A stretch of DNA of 64,000 bases from Marinicella sp. (GCA_965230295.1 OZ246001.1:608001-672000), one strand, 5' to 3'. Positions 1 to 10,291 are shown, counted from the stretch's first letter. The notes: generated by a model from the sequence alone, not told the origin. Numbers and translations are program-made.

Positions 1-145
1 AGAGTTTTTAATTCCCGGCGTTTAATGGATCAGATGCAAGGGTGTTTTAATGACTGCTGTTGATTTCAGTCGTCATTTTCCAGATGATTGATTGAATCAT
101 GAGCACATGTCATCAATTGATCAAGGTGTGTGTCAATGAAAACCT

Positions 146-916
146 TTAACCGGGGTTGTTTAAAATAATTAACAGCAATATAACCAGCCCTACCAATAAG
201 GTAATCCACCATAAATTGTGCCTCAAAAAGTCGTTGCCAGGCTTGATCTTGGCCTCATCTGCTGGTTGTTCTGCCGGTTGAATCATGGATTCACTGAGTT
301 GAACATTTCTTGGGTGTGAGGGACTGAATTTTGAAAACCCTGAGGTGCCAGGTAATTCAACCCTGTATTTATAAACCGCATTTGAGATCACATCACCATT
401 ACTCAGATTGGCTTGGGCAATTTGCAGGCCATTCAGAAAGGTTTTGTGTTTACTGTCAACAAAATGCAACTCATTGTCCTGACGAAACACATGCCACCCG
501 TCCGCGTGATGTAAGTCATCAATGATAAATTTCCCTGTGGTCTCATCAGCAAAGCTCCTGATACCGTACACTGAAGATTGATTGGTGATCTCGTTGATGG
601 TTACATTGGTGTGGTTCAAATGAGAATCTTTAGGGATGTATTCATCATCCAACAACCTGAATGATAAATCATCAACGGCCAAAACATCGCCGGTATCAAG
701 CAAGCATCTTTCGTGGACTGCCTCATTATTGACTTGTACTCGGTCGTTATACACTTCCAACACACAACCATAACTCTTGTGCATGATGGAAAAATGTCGC
801 CCCCAAATCTTGGGGTGATTTATTTGCACATCACAGTCAAAATCATTACCTACAAGTAAAGTTTTACTGTCCGGAAATGAAAAAGATTTTTTTGTGTTTT
901 CAATAACTAAATACAT
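146..916 (-). CDS. FHA domain-containing membrane-anchored protein
   Basis: N-terminal FHA-like pattern (LVGNDFDCDVQI...GRHFSI...VNN...LDTGDVL), a second degenerate FHA-like segment and a C-terminal TM helix. Confidence 0.7.
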   Translation of the reverse strand: MYLVIENTKKSFSFPDSKTLLVGNDFDCDVQINHPKIWGRHFSIMHKSYGCVLEVYNDRVQVNNEAVHERCLLDTGDVLAVDDLSFRLLDDEYIPKDSHLNHTNVTINEITNQSSVYGIRSFADETTGKFIIDDLHHADGWHVFRQDNELHFVDSKHKTFLNGLQIAQANLSNGDVISNAVYKYRVELPGTSGFSKFSPSHPRNVQLSESMIQPAEQPADEAKIKPGNDFLRHNLWWITLLVGLVILLLIILNNPG

Positions 917-1115
917 CTAAATAAGCCAATTTATCAAAAGATTGTAGCTGCTTTAACGATGAAATATCAATCCTAAATCTAAAATTCTTGAAGCAAATCA
1001 CAGTTTTCTGGAGTCAAATGTACATGCATGAATCTTCATAAAAAACCGGGCATCTGACAACATGACCACTGCTTGGTGTAAAAATTGCCATGTTCTTTTA
1101 TTCAGTGACATCGTT

Positions 1116-1494
1116 GGAGAACTGTCGAACAGTTCGACCAGCGCAGGTAATGAAAGCTTGGTGGTTTACCTGATAAGGTAATAAGCCTTGCTTGAATACC
1201 ATAGCGCGTGCACTCGGTTAGGCAGATCATGTAAGAATGGCGATTTGACAAAGTCAAGAAGCCTTGATGGAATGATCGATAAGCCGTGAAGCCTCGCTGG
1301 TCGCTTCCGCATCGATCCCCAGAACGGGGTGAATGCAGAGAATTGTTGGGAACAATTCCTGCCTGCTCACGCGACAGACCTACATCCCTGTAGGCCAGCC
1401 AGAGGGTGTAAGCCCGAGATAGCAAGCCATGCCCGTCGAGGCCGTTTTCACTTTTGTTTCAACAAAAGTGAATGAAGTCCCAAGGGCATTCCTT
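1116..1494 (+). repeat. Modular palindromic intergenic repeat, copy 1 (~380 bp)
   Basis: Shares head GGA-hairpin-GACC and tail TTTCACTTTTGT...GAATGAAGYCCCAAGRRCATTCCTT with 24739-24887 and 53939-54571; 1307-1367 is nearly identical to 54340-54400. Confidence 0.9.
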
Positions 1495-1534
1495 TATAAT
1501 ATGACGTACAAATTTTAAATGGAGCTGCAAAACT

Positions 1535-2653
1535 GTGGAATTGAGGTCTGTTTTATATTGGATGATGTCTATTGGCACTTTGGTTTTATGCCTGTTGTTT
1601 CCAATAAAATCAACCACCAGCGATCTGAACATGACTGCGATAAACCTGGCTTCATACCTCAAAGTTGAACCCAGATACATTTATTATGCTGACAACCGCT
1701 TCCATGCTCGTGTGATTGGTTCACTTAAAATTGACTTGAAAACAGATGACATGCCAGTCGAATTTATTCGGTACAACACCTTAATCATCAATGATTTTCA
1801 TTTTGAATTAGACACCAAGTACAGTTTGAATTGGCAAATTGGCAACCAAACACATCAAGTGTTGATCAACAAAACCAATGATTCAATTACTTTCTTCGAC
1901 TTCAAGACCAACGACCACACACAGATTTCAGATGTGCACATCCTCATTGAACCAAACACTGAACTGAGTAATCAACTGGCATTCAATCAAGAAGCCTCAT
2001 TTCAAGCGTTGGCTTTTGATGTCATAGAAAACCAATCGGTACTGGCATCCAACATCAGCGAATGGACAGACTTCACCCCCATCAAGTTCAATTCAATCAA
2101 CAGCTACACCAACAGCCAGGATTTACATTTAAAACAGTTGGTTATGCGACTATCTGCTTGGATCCTGTTTTCTGTGGTCATTTACTTGATCATGAAGATC
2201 AGCGGTGTTCATTTGGTGGTTTCGCTGATTTTTGCTTGGGCCATCACTGCCTATTTCTTTGTCAACAACCACACCAAACAAAACCAACAATTAAGCATGT
2301 CATTTGCCGCCGATGGCCAACAGCTGAACCCCCTGGATCAGTCGGCATTAGACATTGCTCAATCCATTGAAAGTAACCTTGACCAAAATCCAGCCTACGA
2401 TGAGGCCTTGAAGTTTGTGTTATTGGGCCAAAATGATTTTTTTCATTTAAGGCTGATTCATCACTTGTTTCAATACAACATAGGGTTGTCACTGAACTTT
2501 GAAGAATTGTTCAAAAAACACGACCAATTTGCTTTTATATTGCTAGATCAAGCCTATTGGTATTGCGAGAATTCAGACAAACATGACTGGCTGGAAAACC
2601 AAATCGAATTCATCATCAAAAATGAAGATTATTGCATAGTGAAAAAGAAATGA
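1535..2653 (+). CDS. Hypothetical membrane protein
   Basis: 372-aa ORF (GTG start) with an N-terminal hydrophobic segment and two central TM helices; stop overlaps the next gene's start. Confidence 0.7.
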   Translation: MELRSVLYWMMSIGTLVLCLLFPIKSTTSDLNMTAINLASYLKVEPRYIYYADNRFHARVIGSLKIDLKTDDMPVEFIRYNTLIINDFHFELDTKYSLNWQIGNQTHQVLINKTNDSITFFDFKTNDHTQISDVHILIEPNTELSNQLAFNQEASFQALAFDVIENQSVLASNISEWTDFTPIKFNSINSYTNSQDLHLKQLVMRLSAWILFSVVIYLIMKISGVHLVVSLIFAWAITAYFFVNNHTKQNQQLSMSFAADGQQLNPLDQSALDIAQSIESNLDQNPAYDEALKFVLLGQNDFFHLRLIHHLFQYNIGLSLNFEELFKKHDQFAFILLDQAYWYCENSDKHDWLENQIEFIIKNEDYCIVKKK

Positions 2654-4068
2654 ATCAGTTGTTGGGCATCATTTATATCATTTACTTCATATCTTTGGGC
2701 TATGGCTTCAGGGTGGCCTTTAACAAAATAAAACAGCAACAACTCATCATTGAAAATAAAACTGATTTCTTTGCCCATGCATTTTTTCAAGGGGTCTTTA
2801 TTCATGTTGTCATTTTCAATTTGTTCCAGTTATTGAATTTATCAAACTCAACGGTGTTAGTGGCCTTGCCTTTGCTTTTGCTTGTTTGCATGGCGTTGAT
2901 TTTTTGGCACATCCTCCACAAAGGCCTACAAGGCCAAACTTTCGTTCCAAAACTTCACAATGTATTGATTACCACTGTTTTGCTGTTGATGTCTGCTTTC
3001 ATTTATTGGAATGGGTCTTTGCTACCAAACATTGCATGGGATTCATGGGCCGTTTGGGAAGGAAAAGCACAACAATGGGTTGAACATGGTTTAAATGTCG
3101 ACATCATGGCTTGGAATGATTGGGTCAACGAAGACACGGCCATCTTTAATGCTTCTGCCAATTACCCCGATGGCCTTTCATTGATATACTTCTTGCCAAA
3201 AGTGTTGTTTCAAGAAGGGTTTGCCATCACCCAAATTGTGGTGCTGTTTGCTTTTGCCATGATGACACTGTTGCTGATCAGTCGCATTGCCAAATTAGGC
3301 GCACCTGTTTATTTACAATTGGCCATGGTACTGGTTATCTACACCACCCCCTTCATCAGCAACCACCTGATGATTCAAGGTTACGCCGACATCTGGTTGG
3401 CCATGTTTATTTTGCTGGTCATGTTGAGCTTGATGGATTACATTGACGACAATAACATGGGGATAGGGCTGACCATCATATGCTATTTGGCCATGTTACC
3501 CATGTTGAAATTGGAAGGCTGGGTGTGGTTATTGTTATTCTTTATGGCCTATGGATTGACGTTATTATCAACCCACAAATCAAAGTATAAAGTTTTGGCA
3601 GGTGTTGCTGGTGTGATATTGGCGTTGGTATTACTTGGTGGGATTGATCTGAATTTTTCGTTTGGAAACATCACCATCACTCACGAGCGCATCACATTGT
3701 TAAACTTATTCGACTTGCACATTAACTTCGTAAACATCACCGAGCCATTGCTGATCAGTTTTTTATGGCAAAATAATTGGTCTTTGTTGTGGCTAGGCCT
3801 GCCTTTCTTATTGTTTACATTTTTCAGCAGGCGCCACAGTCTGGCCAGTCAAGTCTCTCATGTATTCCTTATTTTGGCTCTGGGCTGTATGTTGTTTTTA
3901 TTTTATTTCACTGAAGCCAGTCGATGGGCTCAGGACTTTACAGCCATAAACAGAATCGTCTTACAACTGACTCCCTGTTATTTGTTTTTATTGTTTAAAA
4001 TGATTGTCAGGATCAAAGGCATTCAAGCACCCACAACCAAACAGCAGTCATCAAAAACACCTGAATGA
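2650..4068 (+). CDS. Polytopic membrane protein, putative GT-C (PMT-like) glycosyltransferase
   Basis: About 12 TM segments; WDSWAVW..KA, YP, GYAD and KLEG motifs; lies in a glycosyltransferase cluster; start taken at the ATGA overlap (MNQLLG). Confidence 0.6.
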   Translation: MNQLLGIIYIIYFISLGYGFRVAFNKIKQQQLIIENKTDFFAHAFFQGVFIHVVIFNLFQLLNLSNSTVLVALPLLLLVCMALIFWHILHKGLQGQTFVPKLHNVLITTVLLLMSAFIYWNGSLLPNIAWDSWAVWEGKAQQWVEHGLNVDIMAWNDWVNEDTAIFNASANYPDGLSLIYFLPKVLFQEGFAITQIVVLFAFAMMTLLLISRIAKLGAPVYLQLAMVLVIYTTPFISNHLMIQGYADIWLAMFILLVMLSLMDYIDDNNMGIGLTIICYLAMLPMLKLEGWVWLLLFFMAYGLTLLSTHKSKYKVLAGVAGVILALVLLGGIDLNFSFGNITITHERITLLNLFDLHINFVNITEPLLISFLWQNNWSLLWLGLPFLLFTFFSRRHSLASQVSHVFLILALGCMLFLFYFTEASRWAQDFTAINRIVLQLTPCYLFLLFKMIVRIKGIQAPTTKQQSSKTPE

Positions 4069-4079
4069 CTGCTGTTTGG
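4037..4079. terminator. Inverted repeat between convergent genes, probable bidirectional terminator
   Basis: Perfect 15-bp stem CCAAACAGCAGTCAT / ATGACTGCTGTTTGG. Confidence 0.6.
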
Positions 4080-4090
4080 ATTGTATTCAT

Positions 4091-5824
4091 CTACTTAATG
4101 AACTTCATGCCTTGTTGAAAGATGACATCAACTGGAATGCCGGCAGCATTGATGCGCTCTAACGATTTTTCTAATTGCTGGTTGATGTGCCCCTTATCTT
4201 CAAACCATTGTTTAACCCCAGCATAATCACCCGACCCTTGGTGGGTCAGAATTTTTTCCGATAAAGAGGCCACAGCGGCGGACATTTTTTCTGCATTCAC
4301 CGAATAATGACCTGTGGCTTCATCATAACTGAATGCGCCTTGCTCTGAGAAGTAGTTAAAACGAAGCAGGTTTGCAACACCATGAGCTGAACTTGAACCA
4401 AAACGAACCGAGCGGAAAATGCCTGCCATAAAGGTGGTGTAATAATCCATCATTTCACCCTCTTCCAGCTCACCCAACTTGTGTAATTTCTCCACCATAT
4501 ACAAGCCCAGAATATCGGCTTTGCCTTCTTCTATGGGTGAAGCCAATTCTTTCAATGCCGTTCTGACTGTTCCTTTATCATTGATGGTGTTTTTTACACC
4601 CAGACCATGCGCCACTTCATGAAACATGGTGTTGGCAAAAAACGCATTGAATGTGATGTGCTTTCTTTGTGAAGGTGTCACCAATTGTTCGGCTATGGGA
4701 ACCAAGATTTTTTCAAACTTGGCTTGCATGACATTTTTCAACTGTAACCGACGGGTGCCTTTTTCTAATTGTACACTTTCATCATTGGGCAAATTGATGG
4801 CAATGGTTTTACTACCGGCATTTGAATGGCCTGCATAATAAATGGCATCGTAAGCATTCAAGTCCGAATCCGTACCAGGCGTTTCTTGTTTATAGGCCTC
4901 ATCAACAGGCAATTCGGCTTGCAACTGCGGCAAAAAGGCCGCAAATTTCGCCAGTTTTTCACTCCAGGCCAAGTCTTTTATCAAGACATAAGCTTCATAG
5001 GCGGCTTTATAGCCAAACAACTGATCTTCATAGGTTTCAATAGGACCAATAACCAGTTCGATCGAATTGTTTTTCATGTCCATCCATGCCAAATCAGATG
5101 CCTTGAACTCGTCATTGACTAAGGCCGCTGCTCGCAAGGTGATGTATTTTTTAAATCCTTCATCCTCTGCCAATTCTGCAGCTTGTAACAACAAGTCAGA
5201 AGCTTTTTTAAGTTGGGCAGCATATGCTTCATAGAAGGGTACTGCCACTAAATTTCCAGCCTCGTCTCTCACCACATGGGTGTATAAACTCTTCATGGCT
5301 TCTGAAGCGGTTGCCTCAAATGCCTCTTTATCCAGATCTTTCGGATAAAAGTTAGCACCCAAGAATTTTTGTTCATAGCCCTTCAAGAATGGTTTATCCC
5401 CATCCAAACGATCCCATGGACCATAATTGATGTCAGCGAACTTTCTGAGTCTTTGATCACTGATGCTGTCCAAAAATGCTTGCTTAGGACCATAACTTTG
5501 TAACCAAAACAATTCATCCATAATTTCTGCTGCTGCCACCAACAAGGGCAACATGTCCTTTTGTTGTTGAGACAAATGAGACACATCACTGGTGAGCTTG
5601 AAAGTGGCGTATTTATTCAATAACTCACTGTGCTTTTTAGGTGTTTTTTCGACCAAGGGATCTTTTTGGTATGCCACATTTGAATGGTCTTTAGGTGGCG
5701 CTTGAGTAGATTCTGTCGCCGCCTCTTTTGCGGCGGCCGGATCTTCTGTTGTTGGTTCATTTTGGCAAGCACTGAGGCACAGAGCAAGCAGCATAAAAAA
5801 AGATGATCTTGAATAACTTTTCAC
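4091..5824 (-). CDS. Peptidase M49 family (dipeptidyl peptidase III-like) Zn hydrolase lipoprotein
   Basis: Lipobox LSAC; HEVAHG zinc motif; EEGKAD; GPIETYED; TIAINLPND. Confidence 0.85.
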   Translation of the reverse strand: MKSYSRSSFFMLLALCLSACQNEPTTEDPAAAKEAATESTQAPPKDHSNVAYQKDPLVEKTPKKHSELLNKYATFKLTSDVSHLSQQQKDMLPLLVAAAEIMDELFWLQSYGPKQAFLDSISDQRLRKFADINYGPWDRLDGDKPFLKGYEQKFLGANFYPKDLDKEAFEATASEAMKSLYTHVVRDEAGNLVAVPFYEAYAAQLKKASDLLLQAAELAEDEGFKKYITLRAAALVNDEFKASDLAWMDMKNNSIELVIGPIETYEDQLFGYKAAYEAYVLIKDLAWSEKLAKFAAFLPQLQAELPVDEAYKQETPGTDSDLNAYDAIYYAGHSNAGSKTIAINLPNDESVQLEKGTRRLQLKNVMQAKFEKILVPIAEQLVTPSQRKHITFNAFFANTMFHEVAHGLGVKNTINDKGTVRTALKELASPIEEGKADILGLYMVEKLHKLGELEEGEMMDYYTTFMAGIFRSVRFGSSSAHGVANLLRFNYFSEQGAFSYDEATGHYSVNAEKMSAAVASLSEKILTHQGSGDYAGVKQWFEDKGHINQQLEKSLERINAAGIPVDVIFQQGMKFIK

Positions 5825-6990
5825 GATGGTCTCCTGGTTAAGGTTGCTAGATAGTGTTGTTCTATGGTTTCAACGATCACTGACATGTGATATTTAAAAT
5901 CCCGGGGATGTTTTGAAATGGCTGTGAAATTTTGCTGAATGTCGTCTATTTTTTGGGCAAAATCTTTGGGGTTGTTACCCTCATACACAAATCCTTTGTT
6001 GTAATTGTCTGCCAGCCAACGCATGCCAGAGCCGACAGTATCAGGGACCAAAATAATTTTGTTGTGATACATGGCCTCCAGTAATACCACACCAAATGAT
6101 TCAGCCCGATCATTGGATGCCATACAAAACACATCACAAGTGTCATACAAAGCATGTATCTTTGACCAACTTTGGCTGCCCAATAATTCAACACTTTCAG
6201 TCAGATTCATTTGGTCGATCTGTTGAGATAATCTATGTTTCAATTGCCCATCACCGGCGATCAACAAGTGGCAATTGTGGGTCAATCGCATGGCTTCGAT
6301 CAACATTTTCTGATTTTTATAAAATGTCAACCGACCTAAATTAAACAGTTTGATTTTTTGGATCGGCCATTGCGCTCTGGCCCACTTCAATCCGGAAACT
6401 CTTTTTGCTTCATCCATTGATTCCAGCTCTTGGATTCTCAAGCCCAGTGGCACAACCACGGTTTTGTCGGCATGTTTAATTAATTGTTGGGAATGATCAG
6501 CGTAGTCCTGAGTAGAAACTAAAATACAATCTGACTGTTTTATCAGCCTGTTTTCAATCGGTTTAATGAACAGGTATATTAATTTCATTAACCACCTGCT
6601 GTTTCCGGTAACCATGTCCGAATGCCAGCTGAATACCCATGGTACCTGTTTGATCTTTTTATTCAGCAACAACATGAACAAACTGGGGTTCGGACCATGC
6701 AGGTGGACAATGTCCGGTTTTTGCTGTTGAAACAATTGCTTGATTTGTTTATTCAAGCCTATCATCAATGGGGCAAATAAGATGGGGCGCAATGATCGCA
6801 TCCTGATGACTTGAACACCATCAACCATTGCTGTTGTTTTTTTTGCCGTGATTGTTTGCCATTGGTGGTTGTGAACCAACACCGTCACTTGATGGCCTTG
6901 GCTGACTTGTTCTCGGGCGAGGTCACATAAGTAATGCTCCATACCACCATGGTAGGGTGGGTAGAATTTACCTATGTGCAGAATATTCAT
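5821..6990 (-). CDS. Glycosyltransferase family 4
   Basis: GKFYPPYHGGME, GRLTFYKN, ESFGVVLLEAM. Confidence 0.9.
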   Translation of the reverse strand: MNILHIGKFYPPYHGGMEHYLCDLAREQVSQGHQVTVLVHNHQWQTITAKKTTAMVDGVQVIRMRSLRPILFAPLMIGLNKQIKQLFQQQKPDIVHLHGPNPSLFMLLLNKKIKQVPWVFSWHSDMVTGNSRWLMKLIYLFIKPIENRLIKQSDCILVSTQDYADHSQQLIKHADKTVVVPLGLRIQELESMDEAKRVSGLKWARAQWPIQKIKLFNLGRLTFYKNQKMLIEAMRLTHNCHLLIAGDGQLKHRLSQQIDQMNLTESVELLGSQSWSKIHALYDTCDVFCMASNDRAESFGVVLLEAMYHNKIILVPDTVGSGMRWLADNYNKGFVYEGNNPKDFAQKIDDIQQNFTAISKHPRDFKYHMSVIVETIEQHYLATLTRRPS

Positions 6991-7001
6991 TTAACAACCA
7001 T

Positions 7002-7346
7002 TCAATGCTTGTCTTCATCCTGTTTAAGGGCATCTTCAAGAATGGCCATCTTTTGTGTGAGGCGCCTGATTTTTCTTTCTTTTTTGGTGAGCGCCATGTC
7101 CATGGTCAACATGCGGATCAAAATCATGCTGACTGCAAGCACCAAAAGTAAAGTGGGTGGGTATGTGATGCCTACTTTTGCGGCAACCCAGTCAACGCTG
7201 CTGGGGAAAATAGAAAGTAAAATGGCCGATACTGCCACCAACAACCACCAAGTTGCATAAGGGCCATGCATCTTACCTTTACGAACCAGATATAAAATAC
7301 TGATCGATAAAATGGCTCCAATTATCAGGATTGTTATGTTTGTCAT
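7002..7346 (-). CDS. DUF2304 family membrane protein
   Basis: Three TM helices, GITYPP motif, coiled C-tail (LTQKMAI); coupled to a GT2. Confidence 0.8.
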   Translation of the reverse strand: MTNITILIIGAILSISILYLVRKGKMHGPYATWWLLVAVSAILLSIFPSSVDWVAAKVGITYPPTLLLVLAVSMILIRMLTMDMALTKKERKIRRLTQKMAILEDALKQDEDKH

Positions 7347-8023
7347 TTAGTTGGCCTACTTCCCATATTTGCTATACACAAGGTTGTGGTTTGAATCATG
7401 TACTTTAAAACCACCAACCATGAGCTGAACACCCTAGATTTGCCGTCATTGCGGTCATGCATTTTAACAGGAACTTCATGGATAGTTAAACCCGCACCTA
7501 AAAGTAATAACAACACCCCGACATCCTGGTAATCCAACATACTCGCCGGCCTCGAAGCCAAGACCCGTATGGCTTGTTTGTCATACAACCTGAAACCTGA
7601 TGTCAAATCTTCAATTTTTATGTGAGTGAGCATTTTAAAATACTTCCAGGCCAGTTTTTTCATGCGGCTTAAACGTGATGGAAATGTGCCGATGATGACA
7701 TTCGCCTCACTGTCACTATAGACAGCTGTGAGGGTATTGACTTCATTGGGTAAATGCTGTCCATCAGCATCCATGGTAATGACTTGGTCATACTGGTGCT
7801 GTTCTGCATACCGAATACCAGTTTGTGTGGCGCCCCAGGCGCCCAACTGAATGGGCAATGTCAGACACATCAAACCGTGTTCCTTTACCACTTGAGCTGT
7901 TTGATCTGCACTGGCATCATCAACCACAACGATGTCATGATCCACTTGATCGAGCAACTGGGGTAGTAAATTTGTTAGATTATTTGCCTCATTAAAAGCA
8001 GGAATCACAATAAGTGTCTTCAT
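7343..8023 (-). CDS. Glycosyltransferase family 2 (polyprenol-phosphate glycosyltransferase-like)
   Basis: IPAFNE, VVDDAS, DADGQH, DLTSGFR. Confidence 0.9.
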   Translation of the reverse strand: MKTLIVIPAFNEANNLTNLLPQLLDQVDHDIVVVDDASADQTAQVVKEHGLMCLTLPIQLGAWGATQTGIRYAEQHQYDQVITMDADGQHLPNEVNTLTAVYSDSEANVIIGTFPSRLSRMKKLAWKYFKMLTHIKIEDLTSGFRLYDKQAIRVLASRPASMLDYQDVGVLLLLLGAGLTIHEVPVKMHDRNDGKSRVFSSWLVVLKYMIQTTTLCIANMGSRPTK

Positions 8024-8110
8024 GACTGAAGTATTGTTTTAAAATAAAGCACACGTTATATATCATGTACCCACTTTTGTGGTGTTTTTTTTCAATTATT
8101 TTATCATTTC

Positions 8111-9202
8111 ATGACGGACTTACCTGCTAACAATTCCATTCAAATCATTCACGACTTGTTTCAAATCAAAGGCGGTGGAGAACGGTTGATTCAAACCTTG
8201 TGTGAAAGCACTGGTGCAGACTTACTCACTGGACACATTGGATCGGATACATTTGAATTGAATCATTTGGCTGGACAAGTGCGCGATTTGGCGGCACTCA
8301 GCAACATCAATGGTATAAAAACCTGGCATCTTGCCAGGGCCTTCAGAAATCACCAGCCCAGTCACGAAAGCTATCAGACTGTGATTTACAGCGGTGTGGC
8401 CAGTCCTCTGGCTGTGAAGCAATACCCTGCTGCCAACAACATCTTTTATTGCCACACACCACCTCGTTTTGTTTATGACAAACGAGAACACCATGAAGCC
8501 GAATTGAATCGCATTAAAAAACTGGCATTTAACTTGCTGATCAGGTGGTTCAAACCCCAATATGAAGCCGCCGTGGCACAAATGGATGTGCTCTTAACCA
8601 ATTCGAACTATGTCAAAAAACGCATCAAAGACAACCTCAATTTAGATGCCACTGTGGTGTATCCACCCTGCGATACCAAACACTTTACATGGCAAAGCAC
8701 AGGTGATTATTATTTATCATTAGGTCGCCATGATGACTTGAAGCGCATCGATCAAATCATCAAAGCATTTAACCAGATGCCTGAAAAAAAGTTGGTTGTG
8801 GCATCTGGTGGAAACAACACACCTCAATTGCGACAATTGGCAGCCAACAACCCCAACATCAGTTTCACTGGATGGTTGAATGAATCTGAATTATTACAAC
8901 TGATGGGCGGTTGTTTGGCCACCATTTATATACCGATTGATGAAGATTTTGGCATGTCACCGGTAGAATCTATGGCCGCTGGAAAACCTGTCATCTGTTC
9001 AGATCATGGGGGTTTGTTAGAATCTGTCGTTGATCAAGAGACAGGATTCTATGTTTCAGGTGATGGTTTGCAACACAATCTAATTCAACAAGTAAGCAAC
9101 CTTACGCCAGCCAAAGCTGAAAGCATGCGATCTGCCTGTGAACACCGGGCCAAGGGCTTTGACACCGAATTGTTCTTGAAAAAATTCAAAGAATTTCTGT
9201 AA
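8111..9202 (+). CDS. Glycosyltransferase family 4
   Basis: GGGER, YCHTPPR, EDFGMSPVESMAAGKPVI. Confidence 0.9.
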   Translation: MTDLPANNSIQIIHDLFQIKGGGERLIQTLCESTGADLLTGHIGSDTFELNHLAGQVRDLAALSNINGIKTWHLARAFRNHQPSHESYQTVIYSGVASPLAVKQYPAANNIFYCHTPPRFVYDKREHHEAELNRIKKLAFNLLIRWFKPQYEAAVAQMDVLLTNSNYVKKRIKDNLNLDATVVYPPCDTKHFTWQSTGDYYLSLGRHDDLKRIDQIIKAFNQMPEKKLVVASGGNNTPQLRQLAANNPNISFTGWLNESELLQLMGGCLATIYIPIDEDFGMSPVESMAAGKPVICSDHGGLLESVVDQETGFYVSGDGLQHNLIQQVSNLTPAKAESMRSACEHRAKGFDTELFLKKFKEFL

Positions 9203-9206
9203 ACCC

Positions 9207-9233
9207 GCGACCATTTGACTCTAAACTCAGTCT
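9207..9233 (+). promoter_or_regulatory. Possible ECF-type (autoregulatory) promoter
   Basis: GCGAC-N17-AGTCT directly upstream of an ECF sigma gene. Confidence 0.3.
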
Positions 9234-9265
9234 TATTGGGTATATTGCATCATTTACTTTGAATT

Positions 9266-9817
9266 TTGAGCTATTTTAACCAAACCATCGACGACATCAC
9301 CAAGCACAGTGTATTGAAAGGAAAACAGAGTGCTTGTCGCCAGGTGTATGACATGTTTTCAACACCGGTCTATAACCTGGCTTATCGCATGCTTCAAAAT
9401 GCCGATGATGCCCAGGATGTGATGCAAAACGCATTCATCACTGCTTTTCAAAAAACTTCACAATGGTCGGGCAAAGTGGCTTTTGGTTTTTGGTTGAGAA
9501 AAATCGTGGTCAACCAATGCTTAGACCAGATCAAAAAGAATCACCACCAAATGACCATTGAAGTGGATGAATTGGCCGCACAAAGTGATCAATTACTTTA
9601 TGACCATCAACATGACTTGAGCTTGATGCTGGCAAAGTTGCCACCGCTATCACGTTCTGTCTTGTGGCTTTACGAGGTAGAAGGCATGACCCATCAAGAA
9701 ATTGCTGAGGTTTACCAAATGTCCACCAGTTTCTCTAAGTCACAACTGGCCAGAAGCAAACAACTGCTAACTAAATGGCTACAAAATCAGGAGCAAAATA
9801 ATGAACAACGCTTATGA
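9266..9817 (+). CDS. ECF RNA polymerase sigma factor
   Basis: Region 2 (DAQDVMQNAF, WLRKIVVN) and region 4 (EGMTHQEIAE...SKSQLAR). Confidence 0.9.
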   Translation: MSYFNQTIDDITKHSVLKGKQSACRQVYDMFSTPVYNLAYRMLQNADDAQDVMQNAFITAFQKTSQWSGKVAFGFWLRKIVVNQCLDQIKKNHHQMTIEVDELAAQSDQLLYDHQHDLSLMLAKLPPLSRSVLWLYEVEGMTHQEIAEVYQMSTSFSKSQLARSKQLLTKWLQNQEQNNEQRL

Positions 9818-10271
9818 TGCAAAAATAAACAAGCTGTTACTAGAACAGCCTCAAATGCTGCCAGCCAAAGATGGATTTGATGCCATCATGGATGAAGTTC
9901 ACCATCACCAAAGACAACGCAGCTTCAGGCTACCAGCCCTGGCCGCAGCCGTGCTGGCTGTCGTTTTGTTGTGGCAGTGGCCAAATTCTAACAACAATCA
10001 GTTACAAGAATTGAACTCGTTAACTGACAAAATTGCCTTGATCGAACAGGTGGTACGTAATGAAGTGATTAACCACTCAGTACCAGGTTCCCAGATCTTG
10101 GAAAAAATGGTTTCTATGGAAAACTGGTTGGATCAACTCGATCAGAACATCGCGCAAACTGATGACACCAACCAAAAACTCGAGCTGTTGCATGCCAAGC
10201 TCGAAATACTCGACGACCTTGTGGCATTGCATAAAAAGTACAAGTCACAAGGTTCACATCAAATGATTTAA
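9801..10271 (+). CDS. Putative membrane anti-sigma factor
   Basis: Overlaps the sigma gene; short cytoplasmic N-terminus, one TM helix, helical periplasmic tail. Confidence 0.6.
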   Translation: MNNAYDAKINKLLLEQPQMLPAKDGFDAIMDEVHHHQRQRSFRLPALAAAVLAVVLLWQWPNSNNNQLQELNSLTDKIALIEQVVRNEVINHSVPGSQILEKMVSMENWLDQLDQNIAQTDDTNQKLELLHAKLEILDDLVALHKKYKSQGSHQMI

Positions 10272-10291
10272 TACAGATAACAGGTGAAAAT

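Noticed and set aside
1102-1425. 107-aa ORF, and likewise 54254-54586, 53851-54039 and 24865-25056
   Set aside because: They lie in or across the palindromic repeat, show no protein motifs, and homologous modules are read on different strands; likely spurious
1116-1494. Repeat family as a CRISPR array, IS or classical MITE
   Set aside because: No regular repeat-spacer period, no cas or transposase genes, no real TIRs or target-site duplications
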